A DNA stretch of 64,000 nucleotides from Chiloscyllium plagiosum (Eukaryota). The notes beneath the pieces are model-generated. The model searched no databases and was not told the DNA's origin. It worked only from the letters and a program-made list of their open reading frames with translations. Positions within the stretch are counted from its first letter, which is position 1. The number at the start of each line of letters is the position of its first letter. The DNA is taken from assembly GCF_004010195.1 (NCBI RefSeq), contig NC_057711.1, forward strand, positions 80,573,846-80,637,845, given 5' to 3'. This document shows, in pieces, positions 52,451-64,000 of this stretch. The translations under genes and the position numbers were made by a program.

Positions 52451-53349
52451 TGTGGATGTGTTAAGGAAGTAACCAAAATTTGAAGTATTAATAAAGTTAA
52501 TAGAAATTACTATAAATAAAACACACTCTATCCACCATTTGAATAGATACCAGGAAGCACTTAACAGAAAACTGTGACACTCTGAGAGGCCTGAGAGAGT
52601 AATCAAATACCTATGACAGAAATCTGACAAAAGGATTATTTGGAAATATAAGAATTCATGAAGAAATGTGATATTGATAATAATAATAAATTATTACACA
52701 GATACATTAAAATAGACACATATACAGAGGCAGCCGTTTTAGGATAAAACAAGGTTGAGATTCCCACTAAAACTCCCCCAGGGAAGGCAAAAATGCAAAG
52801 AAATTTTACTACGCTGTAAATATAGATTTCTTTAAGTCTATTTTATTGACTATCCAACAGTGTTTTTAACAGCAGATTTAACAGTTAGAGTAGAATAGTC
52901 ATGTTATAACTATTTTTGATATTCTATGATACAGTATTTATTATTATAATGTAATTTAGAATTGACTTGTACCATAAATATTCATAAGTATAACAATTGT
53001 AATCTCATACTTAAATCCTCACCAGACCAAATTGAGACTATAATATCACGGAGTTCTTAAGTTACGATTCTAAGTACTGATATAATAAATTTAAGAAAGA
53101 GATTGCTGAATCCTGCACTATTTTGGCTACATGTCAGTTTTGTCAAGTTTCACAGAGGATTTACCTCCATCAGGAATAATAGAATGTCTCACCATATCAT
53201 CCCAAACCTGCCTTATAGCTACCGCCACACAAATACAGCAGCCCTCTCATCTGATGCTAGCTGATTCCAACATGCCCGAAAAATCTCATCACTGTCAGAA
53301 TATCCTGAAACAGACTGGCACCTCTGGCACCTGCACCCAGACAAGCCCT

Positions 53350-53950
53350 GTCATTCCGACTAATGTTGCACTCTGTGGACAGGCAGCTGCAAGTCCTGGT
53401 CAATGGGATGTTGCAAAGCAGCAAGTTGTTTCCTTGAGGGAGAGCACACCATGCCTTCAGACCTTACCAGCCTGGTTCAAGGTTACCATCCTTGACATTG
53501 TACTCTCAGCAGTTTGAGGAATGCCCATCAGCATTGGAAGAAGGTCAATAACCCACTCCACAGGATTAGGATAAACGCTATCACCTTCTCCCTGATACCT
53601 CACACTCACTCTTTCTCTGCTACTGCACCCATCTCCCACCACTTCTCTCACTATTACATGCAACATCTTCTTGCATTTGTCATCCACACATTCGCTCTCC
53701 CCAAACCCTGTGCTGCCTACTTAATAACTCAGGCAAACCCATCACGTTTCTCCCAGCTGTACTATTATTAATAGCTATGTCACCCACTTTTAGCTTGTTT
53801 GATCCATCATTATCTCTCATTCCAGGTGAAAACAACTCCCAATCGGGCAGAAAGATCCAATTCTTTGGTGGGTTATCCAACATCCAGCTCTTCACTCCTA
53901 TAAGGATAGCAGCCTGACCTTCACCATCCAGTGTGGCTGAAAGACCATGC
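53350..53950 (+). pseudogene. Two-exon Myb/SANT ORF2 relic (Harbinger-type)
   Basis: QLQVLVNGM..LFP..QTLPAWFKV..RNAHQHWKKVNNPLHRIR, then a decayed donor (ataaac) and a pyrimidine-rich intron. After acceptor ctcattccag|53826: VKTTPNRAERS..GGLSNIQLFTP. Confidence 0.65.
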
Positions 53951-54187
53951 CTAAGCCCCTGGACTAATATCAGAGACTGTCCTTGAGTTACTGTGCAGGG
54001 ACCCTTGACTGAAGGCTATCCTCCTTGACTGAAGTTTGCTGATAACCATGACTCAGCTAAGTTTTTTTTTGTCTTATAAAACATATATCTTAATTTTTTT
54101 TGTAAATCTACAATAGCAAATAGGGTAAGGATTTTTTAAATATATGTTTTACTGAGGTATGTTCTCTTGATTAAAATGTTTTAATCG

Positions 54188-54425
54188 ACTTTTTCATGCA
54201 GAGGGTGGTGCGTGTATGGAATGAGCTGCCAGAGGAAGTGGTGGAAGCTGGTATAGCTACAATATTTAAACAGCATCTGGAGTGGTACATGAATAGGAAT
54301 GGAGTAGAGGGACATGGGCTAAATGCTGGCAAATGGGGCTAGATTAACTTAGGATTTCTGGTCAGTATGGACAAGTTGGACCAAGGGGTCTGTTTCTGTA
54401 CTCGACATCTCTATGACTCTATGAC
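54188..54425 (+). mobile_element. CR1 3' tail fragment
   Basis: QRVVRVWNELPEEVVEAG plus (CTATGACT)n tail. Confidence 0.88.
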
Positions 54426-54767
54426 AAATATCCTAGCTTTATGTCTGCCCTAAATAGCAAAGTAATACAGAAGTAGTTTGGGCCTGGTAGCTCCAATTGA
54501 GGGGCAAAGTGCGAAAAGGTAAGGCAAAGTCAGGGATGTCATGGACATCCAGGTAGACTCAAGATGAGTGAGCACCAAGAGAGCATGTGAACAGCCCTGA
54601 GATGATGCCAGGTTGGTGAGCAGGTTGGCACATGGATATCGCTGGCTGGTCAACATTAATTGCCTGTCCCTAGTTGCTTTTGCTATGAGATTTTGTTCTT
54701 AGTGAACTGCTTTCTTGAACTGCTGCAGTCCACATGCTTGTATTATGCTCACCCATAATTTCCTTTA

Positions 54768-55000
54768 GACTTGATTTGATCTATTGTTGTCACATATACC
54801 TAGGTACAGTGAAAAGTTTGGTTTTGCATGCAGTACAGGCACATCATAACATACAAGGACATACAGATCACAGAGTATTTTGATAGACCGAGGCATACAA
54901 AGTTATGGCAGCACAAAAACAAGATCAACATTCGGTTTGAAATTAGAGATGTCCATTCAGCAGTCTAAAGACAGGGTGGAAGAAGCTGTTTTTGAACCCT
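54768..55000 (-). mobile_element. Probable Rex1/Babar-like LINE 3' tail
   Basis: Minus strand 'aacttttcactgtacctaggtatatgtgacaacaatag' plus an (ATCAA)n tail; family from memory. Confidence 0.5.
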
Positions 55001-55119
55001 TTGGGAGGGAACTCCAGGATTTTGACCCAGTGACAGTGAAGTCTGGATGGTGTATGGTTTGGAGGAGAACTTGCAGGGTTGGTATTCCTATATATCTAAT
55101 GCCTTTGTCCTTTTAGATG

Positions 55120-55350
55120 TGACTTGGAGATGCCGACGTTGGACTTAGGTGTACAAAGTTAGAAATCACACAATGTCAGGTGATAGCCCAACAAGTTTAT
55201 TTGGAAGCACTAGCTTTCAGAGCACTGCTCCTTCATCAGGTGGTTGTGGAGATATACTCTACAAGCACCTGATAAGGGAGCAGTGCTCTGAAAGCTAGTG
55301 CTTCCAAATAAACCTGTTGGACTCTAACCTGGTGTTGTGTGATTTTTTTT
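55120..55350. mobile_element. Palindromic PLE mini-insertion with two opposed hammerheads and an approximately 13-bp degenerate TSD
   Basis: Arms 55162-55255 and 55257-55346 are reverse complements; flanks GTCCTTTTAGATG / ATCCTGTTAGATG. Confidence 0.88.
55208..55242 (-). ncRNA. Minimal type I hammerhead ribozyme, core intact
   Basis: CAC-CUGAUGA-A-GGAGC-AGU-GCUCU-GAAAG-CUA-GUG. Confidence 0.7.
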
Positions 55351-55900
55351 ATCCTGTTAGATGGAAATTGTTGCGGATTGGGAATGTACTACACAAGGAT
55401 CTTTGATGAATTTCTGCAGTGCAATTTATAGATGCTGCTGCAACTGAGTGGAGGATTGGATGTTTGCGAATATGGTCCCAATCAAGTGGATTGCTTTGAC
55501 TTGGATGGTGTCAAGCTTCTTGAGTGTTATTGGAGCTGCACTCATCCAGACAAATGGGGAGTATTCCATCACACTCCCAACTCGTGCATTATAGATGTGT
55601 CAGGATATTGTTACTTGCTGCAGGATTCCTCACCCCTGACCTGCTCTTGCAGCCACTATATTTAAGTGATGAGTCCAGTTGCATTTCTGGTTATGGTAAT
55701 CCCCAAAATGTTGATAGTGGGCAATTCAATGATGATAACACTATTCAATGTCATAGGACGGTGGTTAGATTGTCTCTTATTGGAGATGATCATTGTCTGG
55801 CATTTGTGTGGCATGAATGTTACTTGAGCTCAAGCCTGGATATTGTCCAGATCTTTTGCATTTGGTCATGGTCTGTTTCAGTATTTGAGGAGTTACAAAT

Positions 55901-56203
55901 TAGATTAGATTAGATTAGATTACTTACAGCGTGGAAACAGGCCCTTTGGCCCAACAAGTCCACACCGACCCGCCGAAGCGGAACCCACCCATACCCCTAC
56001 ATTTACCCCTTTTAACCTAACACTACGGGCAATTTAGCATGGCCAATTCACCTAACCTGCACATCTTTTTGACTGTGGGAGGAAACCGGAGCACCCGGAG
56101 AATGTGCAAACTCCACACAGTCAGTCGCCTGAGTCGGGAATTGAACCCGGGTCTCTGGCGCTGTGAGGCAGCAGTGCTAACCACTGTGCCACCGTGCCGC
56201 CCC
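55901..56203 (-). mobile_element. Young HE1-like SINE
   Basis: (ATTAG)n tail, CpG-rich head, CAAAT on both flanks. Confidence 0.93.
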
Positions 56204-57559
56204 AAATGTTGCTGAATATTGTACAAACAACTGCAAACATCTTCAATTCTGACTTTATGATGCAGGCAAGATCATTGATGATGCAAGTGAAGATGGTTGG
56301 GCCTAGGACTCTACCCTGAGGAACTCCTGCAGAGACGTCCTGAAGCTGAGATGACTGACCTCCAACAACCACAACCATATTTTATGTGTCAAGTATGATT
56401 GCAGCCTTTTAACAACCTATCAATGCTAGTTTCCGGTGTGCCTTGATATTCACATTGGGAATTGTCAATGTCTAATTTCCCCATGGTAAAGTTGGAAACT
56501 GCATCTTAATGAGGTAAGATTAATTGTTAATGAGGCTGCTAACAAGCAGTGAATTTCTCTGTGTGCTAGTGAGAACCTCATCTTGACAACTGGAACTCTG
56601 TTGGAAAATACAACAAGTTGCTCAGACCTCGCCTGACTTCTCTCACGATTCCATCAGGTTTCTCATAAGAGCCGATGTTGTTCAAATCTTTAATTGATTC
56701 CACAAGTTGTTTCTGCTATAATATGTCTGCAGATTTATTCTGTCTTGAGATAATTTTCCTGATTTAAAAACTCCTGAGGGAAAAGGCATTTTATTTGAGG
56801 ACCCTGTCTATAACTCATGAAGCTGACTTAGTTCCTTTACTGGTCTGAAATTTCTTACAGTTGAAGGTTTGAGCTGACAATAATGTTAGATTGCATAGGT
56901 TAACCTTTCCAAGGGTAAAGATAGTAGAACCATTAACAAAATGACGAGGATGGTTTGAGTGACACTGAGTGAAATGATGTACTCGTGACTTTTTCACATT
57001 GAGCCCCAATGTAGGAATCTAATCGATCCTGGCAGTTTTCAGAACTTCCTGCCTGCCCATTTTCTGCCATTTGGCATATTAACCACACCTGAATATTGAA
57101 TGAGCTGCGAAGAATACAATTACACAAGCTAACTTACCCACTCACAAGTCTCTTCTGTTTTTCCACTTGCCTTAACACTTAGCCTCAGAAATGAAAATTC
57201 CATCAATATTTCACAAAGAATTCATTGAATTATATTATGGTTTAAAAGCTATCAAGGCTCTGATATATGTCCAAGATGCAAACTATTCCCGATGTCTTTT
57301 ACATACAGGTTTTTAACATCATGGTTTCAAGTATATAATACATTCTCAGTGCAATTACCCAATTAGCCATGGTGTAGTATAATGGGAATAAACAGATCTC
57401 CTGAGAAAATGCATCATAAATGTGGCTTGCCATCATTTTTAAATGTTCATTTTCATGAACATTCATGAATAATGATCATCCTCAAACTTTGCAGCACTGT
57501 GTGGTGTCAATAACATAAAATTTGAGGAATCAAATTGCCATAATAAATGTAAGCATCAA

Positions 57560-58440
57560 CTTTGCAATGCTGTGAATCACCACTGCGGACTTGCACAATT
57601 AGTGCATAACAATATTCCATCCATTGAGTTCAGTAAGCACAAAGCAAGAGGCAGCTTGAGCAAGATTTACTACTGACAACACGCATGATGTTTGGTGTAA
57701 AGGATGGGTGGATTATTCACCGTGAAAGTGATGGGAAATAAAAACTGATATAACCCACATGACACGATACCTCTCCTCTATTACAAACCTATCACTGTCC
57801 ACCATGACCTATTGAGAAGAATAAATATTCTTGTGAGTGGTATTTGCATCTATTGTGCAGAAGAGTACATGTTTGAAAGACTGCAACACATTTAAGGATT
57901 AAGATTACATTCCCATTCACATTACTTGACAACATTTCAACTACATAAGATATTTTCACATATACACCAACCACAAAATATTTTCATAAAGGAGCTGTTC
58001 CTATTCTGAATTGTTCTTTGTTCTTTGAAATTATCCCTTTTCTGACATCAAGAAGGAAGTGAGCTGTGAATGCTTGATTTCAGGTTCTTCACAGACATAA
58101 TGTCAAAATCAAATGAGGTAATTTGTGAACTTCAGGGAGAGAACAGAGACTTAGCAGATATGATCAGTGTTGTAAATGTAGATAAATTGAAACTAGGTCT
58201 GTGGTTCTCCCAATTAAAATATAAAATGCTGCAGTGCTTCCAAAGACTGGAGAAAATACCAGAAAAAAAATCAAAGACAAAGAAAAATGGCTCCACCCAC
58301 CCAGAAAACTGAGCGCACCTAAGAATGTTAGGATTTAACAGGCGATTTCAGGAATTAGATGTGACAAAATAAATTGTTATAGTTATCTCAGATCCATTCT
58401 TTCAAGTACTCATTGGGTTGCCTACCAAATTCCATCGTGG
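57560..58440 (+). mobile_element. hAT (Charlie/SPIN/GTF2IRD2-like) transposase relic
   Basis: ORF 58070 LDFRFFTDIMSKSNEVICELQGENRDLADMISVV..KLKLGLWFSQL, upstream ..FTTD..MFGVK, downstream FNRRFQEL and ISDPF. Confidence 0.75.
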
Positions 58441-58444
58441 AGAT

Positions 58445-59055
58445 CGAGTCATAGAATTGTACAGCACAGAAACAGACACATCAGTCCAACTTGTCCATGC
58501 CGTACAAGTTTCCCAAACTAAACTACTCCCATTTGCCTGTGTGCGACCTATATACCTCTAAATCTTTCCTCTTCATATATTTATCCAAATGACCTTTAAA
58601 TGTTGTAACTGTACCTACATCTGTCACTTCACCTGGCAGCTCATTCTGCATACAAATCACCCTCTGTGTGAAAACATTGCTCCTCAGGCCCCTTTTAAAT
58701 CTTTCTCTTCTCACCTTAAAAGTATGCTCCCTCGTTTCGAACACCCCCACCCTAAGGAAAAGACCTTTGCTCTTCACCTTATCTATGCCCCTTATGATTT
58801 TATAAAACTCTATGATCATATAATCCTTCCAGTGCAGAGGCAGGCCATTCAACCCATACCAACACTTCAAAGAGCATCTCAACTACCCCCACCACCCCCG
58901 CCCCACCCCGCCCTATAACCCTGCATTTCCCATGGCTAACCCACCTAGCCTGCATACTATAGGCAATTTAGCATGGCCAATCCACCTAACCTCCACATCT
59001 TTGGATTGTGGGAGGAAACGGAAGTACCGGAGGAAACCTAAGCAGATACGAGGAG
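58445..59055 (-). mobile_element. CR1 3' end (58445-58810) abutting a truncated HE1 SINE (58815-59055)
   Basis: ORF 58523-58882 YKIIRGIDKV..FTQRVI; HE1 central/3' domain. Confidence 0.85.
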
Positions 59056-60505
59056 AACAATTGGAAACATTTATCAATTTTTCTTCTAATTTCCATCCTG
59101 TTCTAACCTTCACCTTATCCATCTCTGACTCTTCTCTTACCTTCCTCAACATTCCTCTTTCCAGTTCTGGGGATACACTGCCAACCAATATCACAACAAC
59201 CCCAACTCCCACAGTCACCTAGACTATACATCTGCACACCCTGCTTCTTGTAAAGACTCCATTCTGTACTCCCAGTTTCTCAGTGTCATTGGCATTGGTT
59301 CTGCTGATGCCAGCTTCCATAAGGGAGTCCTCTGAAGTGACAACTTTCTTCCACAAATGAGGATTCTCCAGCATCGTAGTTGACAGTCCCCTTAGTTGTG
59401 TCCGTCTCATCACCCGCACTTCTATTCTCACGCCTTCCCTCCCCTCCCACAAAACAAATAGGGTTTCCTTTGTCTTCAATTACCACCCCACCACCCAAAG
59501 GATCATTAGCTGCCTTTTCTGGCACATCCAGCAGGACAGATATCACCAGACACATATTCCCCTCCCCTCCCTTGTCAGCCTTCGATAGGGGCTGTTCCCT
59601 CCAGGACACTCTGGTCCACTCCTCTGCCTCTCCCACCACCTACCTACAGTTCCACAGCACCTTCCCATGAAATCGAAGAAGATGCAATATTTGTCAGCTT
59701 AATTTCTCCCTCCTCATTATCCAAGACTCCACACACACTTCGCAGTGATTTACTGTACTTCACTCAATTTAGTATTCACCACTCACAATGGGGAGATGAA
59801 GCATCGACTGGGCGATCACTTTGCAGATCACCTACGTTGTGTCTACAAAAATGACTGTGCTTCCAGTTGCCTGCCGCTTCAACACAGCACCATGTTCCCT
59901 GGCCAACAGCTCTGTCTCAGGCATGCTGCAGTGCTTCAGTGGGGCTCAGCACAAGCTCAAAGAACAGGATCCCGGTTTCATTTGGGGGCCCTGCAGCCTC
60001 GAGGACTCAACATCGAGTTCAATAATCTTGGACCATGATTTTGGCCCTCAATGTTGTTTTACCTAATACCCCCCAACACTGTGAACCTGTCATGACATGG
60101 GTTGTTTTCAGAGCAACCAATGGATTCTCATCCACTCTGAGCCATATTATCATATTATATGAGTTGCTTTCAACATAGCTTACCACTCTGAGCCCACAAT
60201 ATCACTAATTTAGCTTCTCTTCTTCATGGATTAGTATTAATAATCTCCTTGTCTGCTTATCCTTTTTATATTACTCTCGGGCTCCATCCCTCCATTTCTC
60301 CATTTATGTCTTCCGCCACCCCACCTCAATCCAATTTTACCATAAATACCATGTTTTCCAAGAATCTATTATTTCTGGTAAAGAGTCACTGGACTCAAAA
60401 CTTCAACTCTGCTTTCTCCCCACAGTTGCTGCCAGACCCACTGAGTTTCAGCAGCAATTTCTGTTTTTGTTTTAGATCTTCAGCATCCACAGTTCTTTGT
60501 TTTAT
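59056..60505 (+). mobile_element. Penelope-like element: RT C-terminus, GIY-YIG and decayed pseudo-LTR
   Basis: LETFINFSSNFHPVLTFT.SISDSSLTFLNI, LDYTSAHPASCKDSI.YSQF, CTSLNLV..GEMKHRLGDHFADHL, LGALQPRGLNIEF. Confidence 0.9.
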
Positions 60506-60949
60506 TAAATTCATCATGCATTTCATTTACAAAATGAAGTTGATAAGGAAATAATTACCATGCAAAATAATAATGAGCTGAAAGTCAGATCAAGGGACAT
60601 TGATTTTTGGGGATCATAAACGGAAAAATACCTACTCCTGTGTTTCTGTGTTCTTAAACTAAAAACTCACTTTAACAGCACAACACCCCTCTTTGAAAGA
60701 GCATTTTCCCAAATGAGGTCAATCAAGTCCAAATATTACACAACCTCACACAGATACCTACTTAATGGACTCTGTTTGACTAGCACTCTCAAACTTCAAT
60801 CCAGACTTTAAGGCATTGGCAAATAATGCACAGCCACAGTTATCACACTGAAACATAGTGAGCAAAGGACAAAACAAATAACTATATATCTTGGTTTTAG
60901 ATGTATATAGCACTAAATTAAATTATTTATTTTATATTTTCTTCTGTTA

Positions 60950-62035
60950 GATTAAGTGAGGTGATGCACTTTGGTCAGAAGAAAATTGGAAGACAGTACA
61001 AAATAAGGTAACAAATCGACACGGGTGTATATGTATACAATGATTGAAGGTAGCAGGTCAGGTAGCAAAAGTAGTTAATAAAGTATACAGTGTTCTCAGC
61101 TTTAATTAATAGGAGCATAGAGTGAAAGAGCAAGGAATATGATGTTAAATTTATAAATGACATTTGTTAGACCTTAGCTGAGTGTTGTGTGCAGTTGTGG
61201 ACACCACATTATAGAAAAGATGTGAAAGCATTGGAAAGAGTGCGGAGGTGATTTGTAGAATTAATCCAGGAATGAGAAGTATTTCAGTTATGAGGACAGG
61301 TTGAGGAAGTTGGAATTGTTCTTGCTGAGAAGAAGAAAACTGAAATGAACTCTGTTTGAGGTTTTAAAAATCAAGCAGCTGGACAGAATGAATAGAGTGA
61401 GCTGTTTCATTTGTTTCTTAAGTATTTCAGTTATGAGGACAGGTTGAGGAAGTTGGAATTGTTCTTGCTGAGAAGAAGAAAACTGAAATGAACTCTGTTT
61501 GAGATTTTCAAAATCAAGCAGCTGGACAGAATGAATAGAGTGAGCTGTTTCATTTGTTTCTTTTACAAGACCGAGAGGGCATAGATTTAAAGAAATGAAA
61601 AAAGTGTGGTGTGAGAAAAAACTTTTTCAGAGTGAGTAGCTAAGCTGTGGGAAGTACTGCTTGGAAATGTGATAGAGGCAGGTTCACTTAAAGCATATGA
61701 GATGGCACTTGATTTTGTTTTTGGATGGTAATTGTATGCAGGGATATTAGAAAAGGCAGGAGATTGGGACTCGATAGAGAGCTGGACTGGACAACAGATG
61801 AGGAGAAAGTGAGGACTGCAGATGCTGGAGATCAGAGCTGAAAAATGTGTTGCTGGAAAAGCGCAGCAGGTCAGGCAGCATCCAAGGAGCGCTTATGCCC
61901 GAAACATTGATTCTCCTGCTCTTTGGATGCTGCCTGACCTGCTGCGCTTTTCCAGCAACACATTTTTCAGCTCTAGATAACAGATGAGCCACGATGAGCT
62001 GAAAGGCTTCCTTCTGCACAGTAAAAATTCTGTGA
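60950..62035 (+). mobile_element. Decayed CR1 3' end with an internal 143-bp tandem duplication (61277-61562)
   Basis: VRP*LSV.VQLWTPHYRKDV.ALERV; the duplicated unit starts AAGTATTTCAG at 61277 and 61420. Confidence 0.85.
61803..61973. mobile_element. Palindromic PLE mini-insertion with approximately 15-bp TSD
   Basis: 'agagctgaaaaatgtgttgctggaaaagcgcagcaggtcaggcagcatccaa' and its reverse complement; flanks TGGACAACAGATGAG / TAGATAACAGATGAG. Confidence 0.88.
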
Positions 62036-62109
62036 TTTTTTTTACCAATCCTGTGTTGCACTTAAATTCAAAAGCTCCCTAAAAATCTAACAGGTTTTAA
62101 TAAAGTCAT

Positions 62110-63200
62110 TGTACAGTTCTTCTAAACTCCAACAAGTGCAGGTCAAACTCAATCAGCATGTCCTCACAAGGACATCCTCCATACCCATGATCAACCTACT
62201 AAAGCTTCACTGCACTGTCTCCACTGCCAGTATATCTTCATTTAGATAAAAGGACCAAAACAGTTCTGGTATTCTAGAGAAATTCTAACTAGTACCTTAT
62301 ATAATTTTAGCAAGACTTTCCCACTTTTATACTCCATTTCCTTTGAAATAAATGCCAACATTCCATTTGTCTTTCTTATTTCCCACTGAACTAGAAGGCC
62401 AGCTTTTGGTGATTCAAGCATGAAGACTCCCAACTTCCCCTGTGCTGCAGCTTTCTGCAGTTTTTCTTCACTTAAATAACATCCGCCTCCTCTATTCCAT
62501 AACCACATATTTTCCTTCATCATATTCTATCTGCCATGTTTTTGCCAAAACACTTAGCCCGTCTATTTCTCGCTGCCCTCACTTCATGTCATCCTCACCG
62601 TTTTTTTGCCTTCCCATCTATTTTTCTGTCATCTTCAAACTTGGTGATAATGCATTCTCTTCCTTCATCTAATTCGTTAATGTACATTGTTAGTAATTGT
62701 GGCCTCAGCCCTGATCACTGTGGTACTCCACTAATTGTCATCCTTAAAGTGCCCCCTTTGTCCCTTTCCCTATCTCAATTAGCAATTCCTTACCCAATGC
62801 TAATATATTATCTACAACCCTCCGGGCTCTTATTTTATTAAATTGCCAACTATATATCATCGACTGGTTCCCCCTTTTTTATCTTGCTTATTAAAGAATT
62901 CTAATAAATTTGTCACTATGCTTCCCCCCATAAATTTCTAAATCTTTCAGAAATCCTTTTATATCCTGTATAATGGATATTTATAATTTTCTAATGAAAA
63001 TTAAGCTAACTGTCTGATAATGTTTTTTTGTCCACCTCAATTTCTGAAGAAGTGTATTATATTGGATAATTTTCAATACTCTGAGCCTTTTCCAGAATCT
63101 AAGGATTCTTGGAAGATTACAAGCAATGCATCCACTATTTCTGTAGCTAGCTCCTTGAGCAGACTAGGATACAACTAATCAGATCCTGGGAACTAATCAT
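62110..63200 (-). mobile_element. Decayed CR1 ORF2
   Basis: ORF 62242-62523 NGMLAFISK.MEYKS.KVLLKLYKVLVR. Confidence 0.75.
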
Positions 63201-63519
63201 TTCACTGAGTGGTTCAGGTAGCAGAATCATAGCTTCATCACCACTATTTACTTTATGCTGTAGGATTCTCATTATTAGTGTTCTGTACTTTGTGGTTGGG
63301 TGGCAAAGGGGAATCAATACCAATAGCAAGGTGTAGAGTGGACATCTCATGTACCCAGTAGCCAGGCATGAGAATTAAAGGTGGTGGGACTAGCTGATTG
63401 ATACTTTCTGATTGCTGCCAACACAGCAGGTATTCATGAAAAGGATTATCTTGGCATATTTGCACACCAACTGCAAGCGAATTGAACATCTCCCTGTTAA
63501 TGTGTAAGACCCACATATT

Positions 63520-63836
63520 GGGGCAGCATGGTGACACAGTGGTTAGCACTGCTGCCTCACAGCACCAGGGACCCAGGTGTGATTCTGGCCTCAGGCAACT
63601 GTCTGTGTGGAGTTTGCACATTCTCCCCATGTCTGCACTGGTTTCCTCCGGGTGCTCCAGTTTCCTCCCACTGTCCAAAGAAGTGCAGGCTAGGTGAATT
63701 GGCCACTCTAAATTGCCCATAGTGCTAGGTGCATTAGCCAGAGGGAAAATGGGTCTGGGTGGGTTACTTTTTGGAGGGTTGGTGTGGACTTGTTGGGCTG
63801 AAGGGCCTGTTTCCACGCTGTAGGGAATCTAATCTA
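63520..63836 (+). mobile_element. HE1-like SINE
   Basis: 'ggtgacacagtggttagcactgctgcctcacag' head and (AATCT)n tail. Confidence 0.92.
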
Positions 63837-64000
63837 ATTGCATCCTAGCAGGCCAAAGGAACTAGCTACAGAAGTAGTGGATAGACTGGAAGTAAATATC
63901 CAAGTTGTTGTGCCATTGATTGCATCAACAGCCTGCTAAATCCACAATTCCTCCCTCCTACTTACAATGTCTTCAGAGAGAAGACATTGAAATCTACATG

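Larger units (their letters stand above)
54650..56400 (-). mobile_element. L2/CR1-clade LINE 3' region hosting nested insertions
   Basis: ORF 56121-56378 AGVPQGRVLGPTIFTCIINDL..MFA (RT); 3' region related to 49100-49200. Confidence 0.75.

Noticed and set aside
52271..52630. 119-aa ORF as a real coding exon
   Set aside because: The meaningful Myb/SANT similarity is in other frames with a stop and frameshifts; it is a relic.

Overview
Repeat-dominated, AT-rich vertebrate non-coding DNA. I infer a shark (cartilaginous fish) from the HE1-type tRNA-derived SINEs and the CR1/HER1-like LINEs that share their 3' tails. I recognise no intact host protein-coding gene; the recognisable ORFs in the track are decayed transposon frames. 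The window holds many CR1-clade LINE fragments, about 10 HE1-like SINEs, three solo LTRs with 4-bp TSDs, RTE, Rex1-like and hAT relics, and Tigger-like MITEs. It also holds several Penelope-like element (PLE) families, and intron-containing Myb/SANT relics of the Harbinger ORF2 type. Three things stand out. (1) PLE-derived, often TSD-flanked palindromic mini-insertions carry minimal type I hammerhead ribozyme motifs from three families whose stems co-vary; one copy at 55208-55242 has an intact core. (2) Two adjacent kilobase-scale inverted duplications (26.1-32.2 kb and 33.9-38.8 kb) have spacers that appear flipped relative to their flanks and arms with near-identical patches, suggesting arm-to-arm recombination or gene conversion. 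(3) A Myb/SANT gene relic can be reassembled across the second inversion. Coordinates were read by eye and repeat boundaries are approximate.
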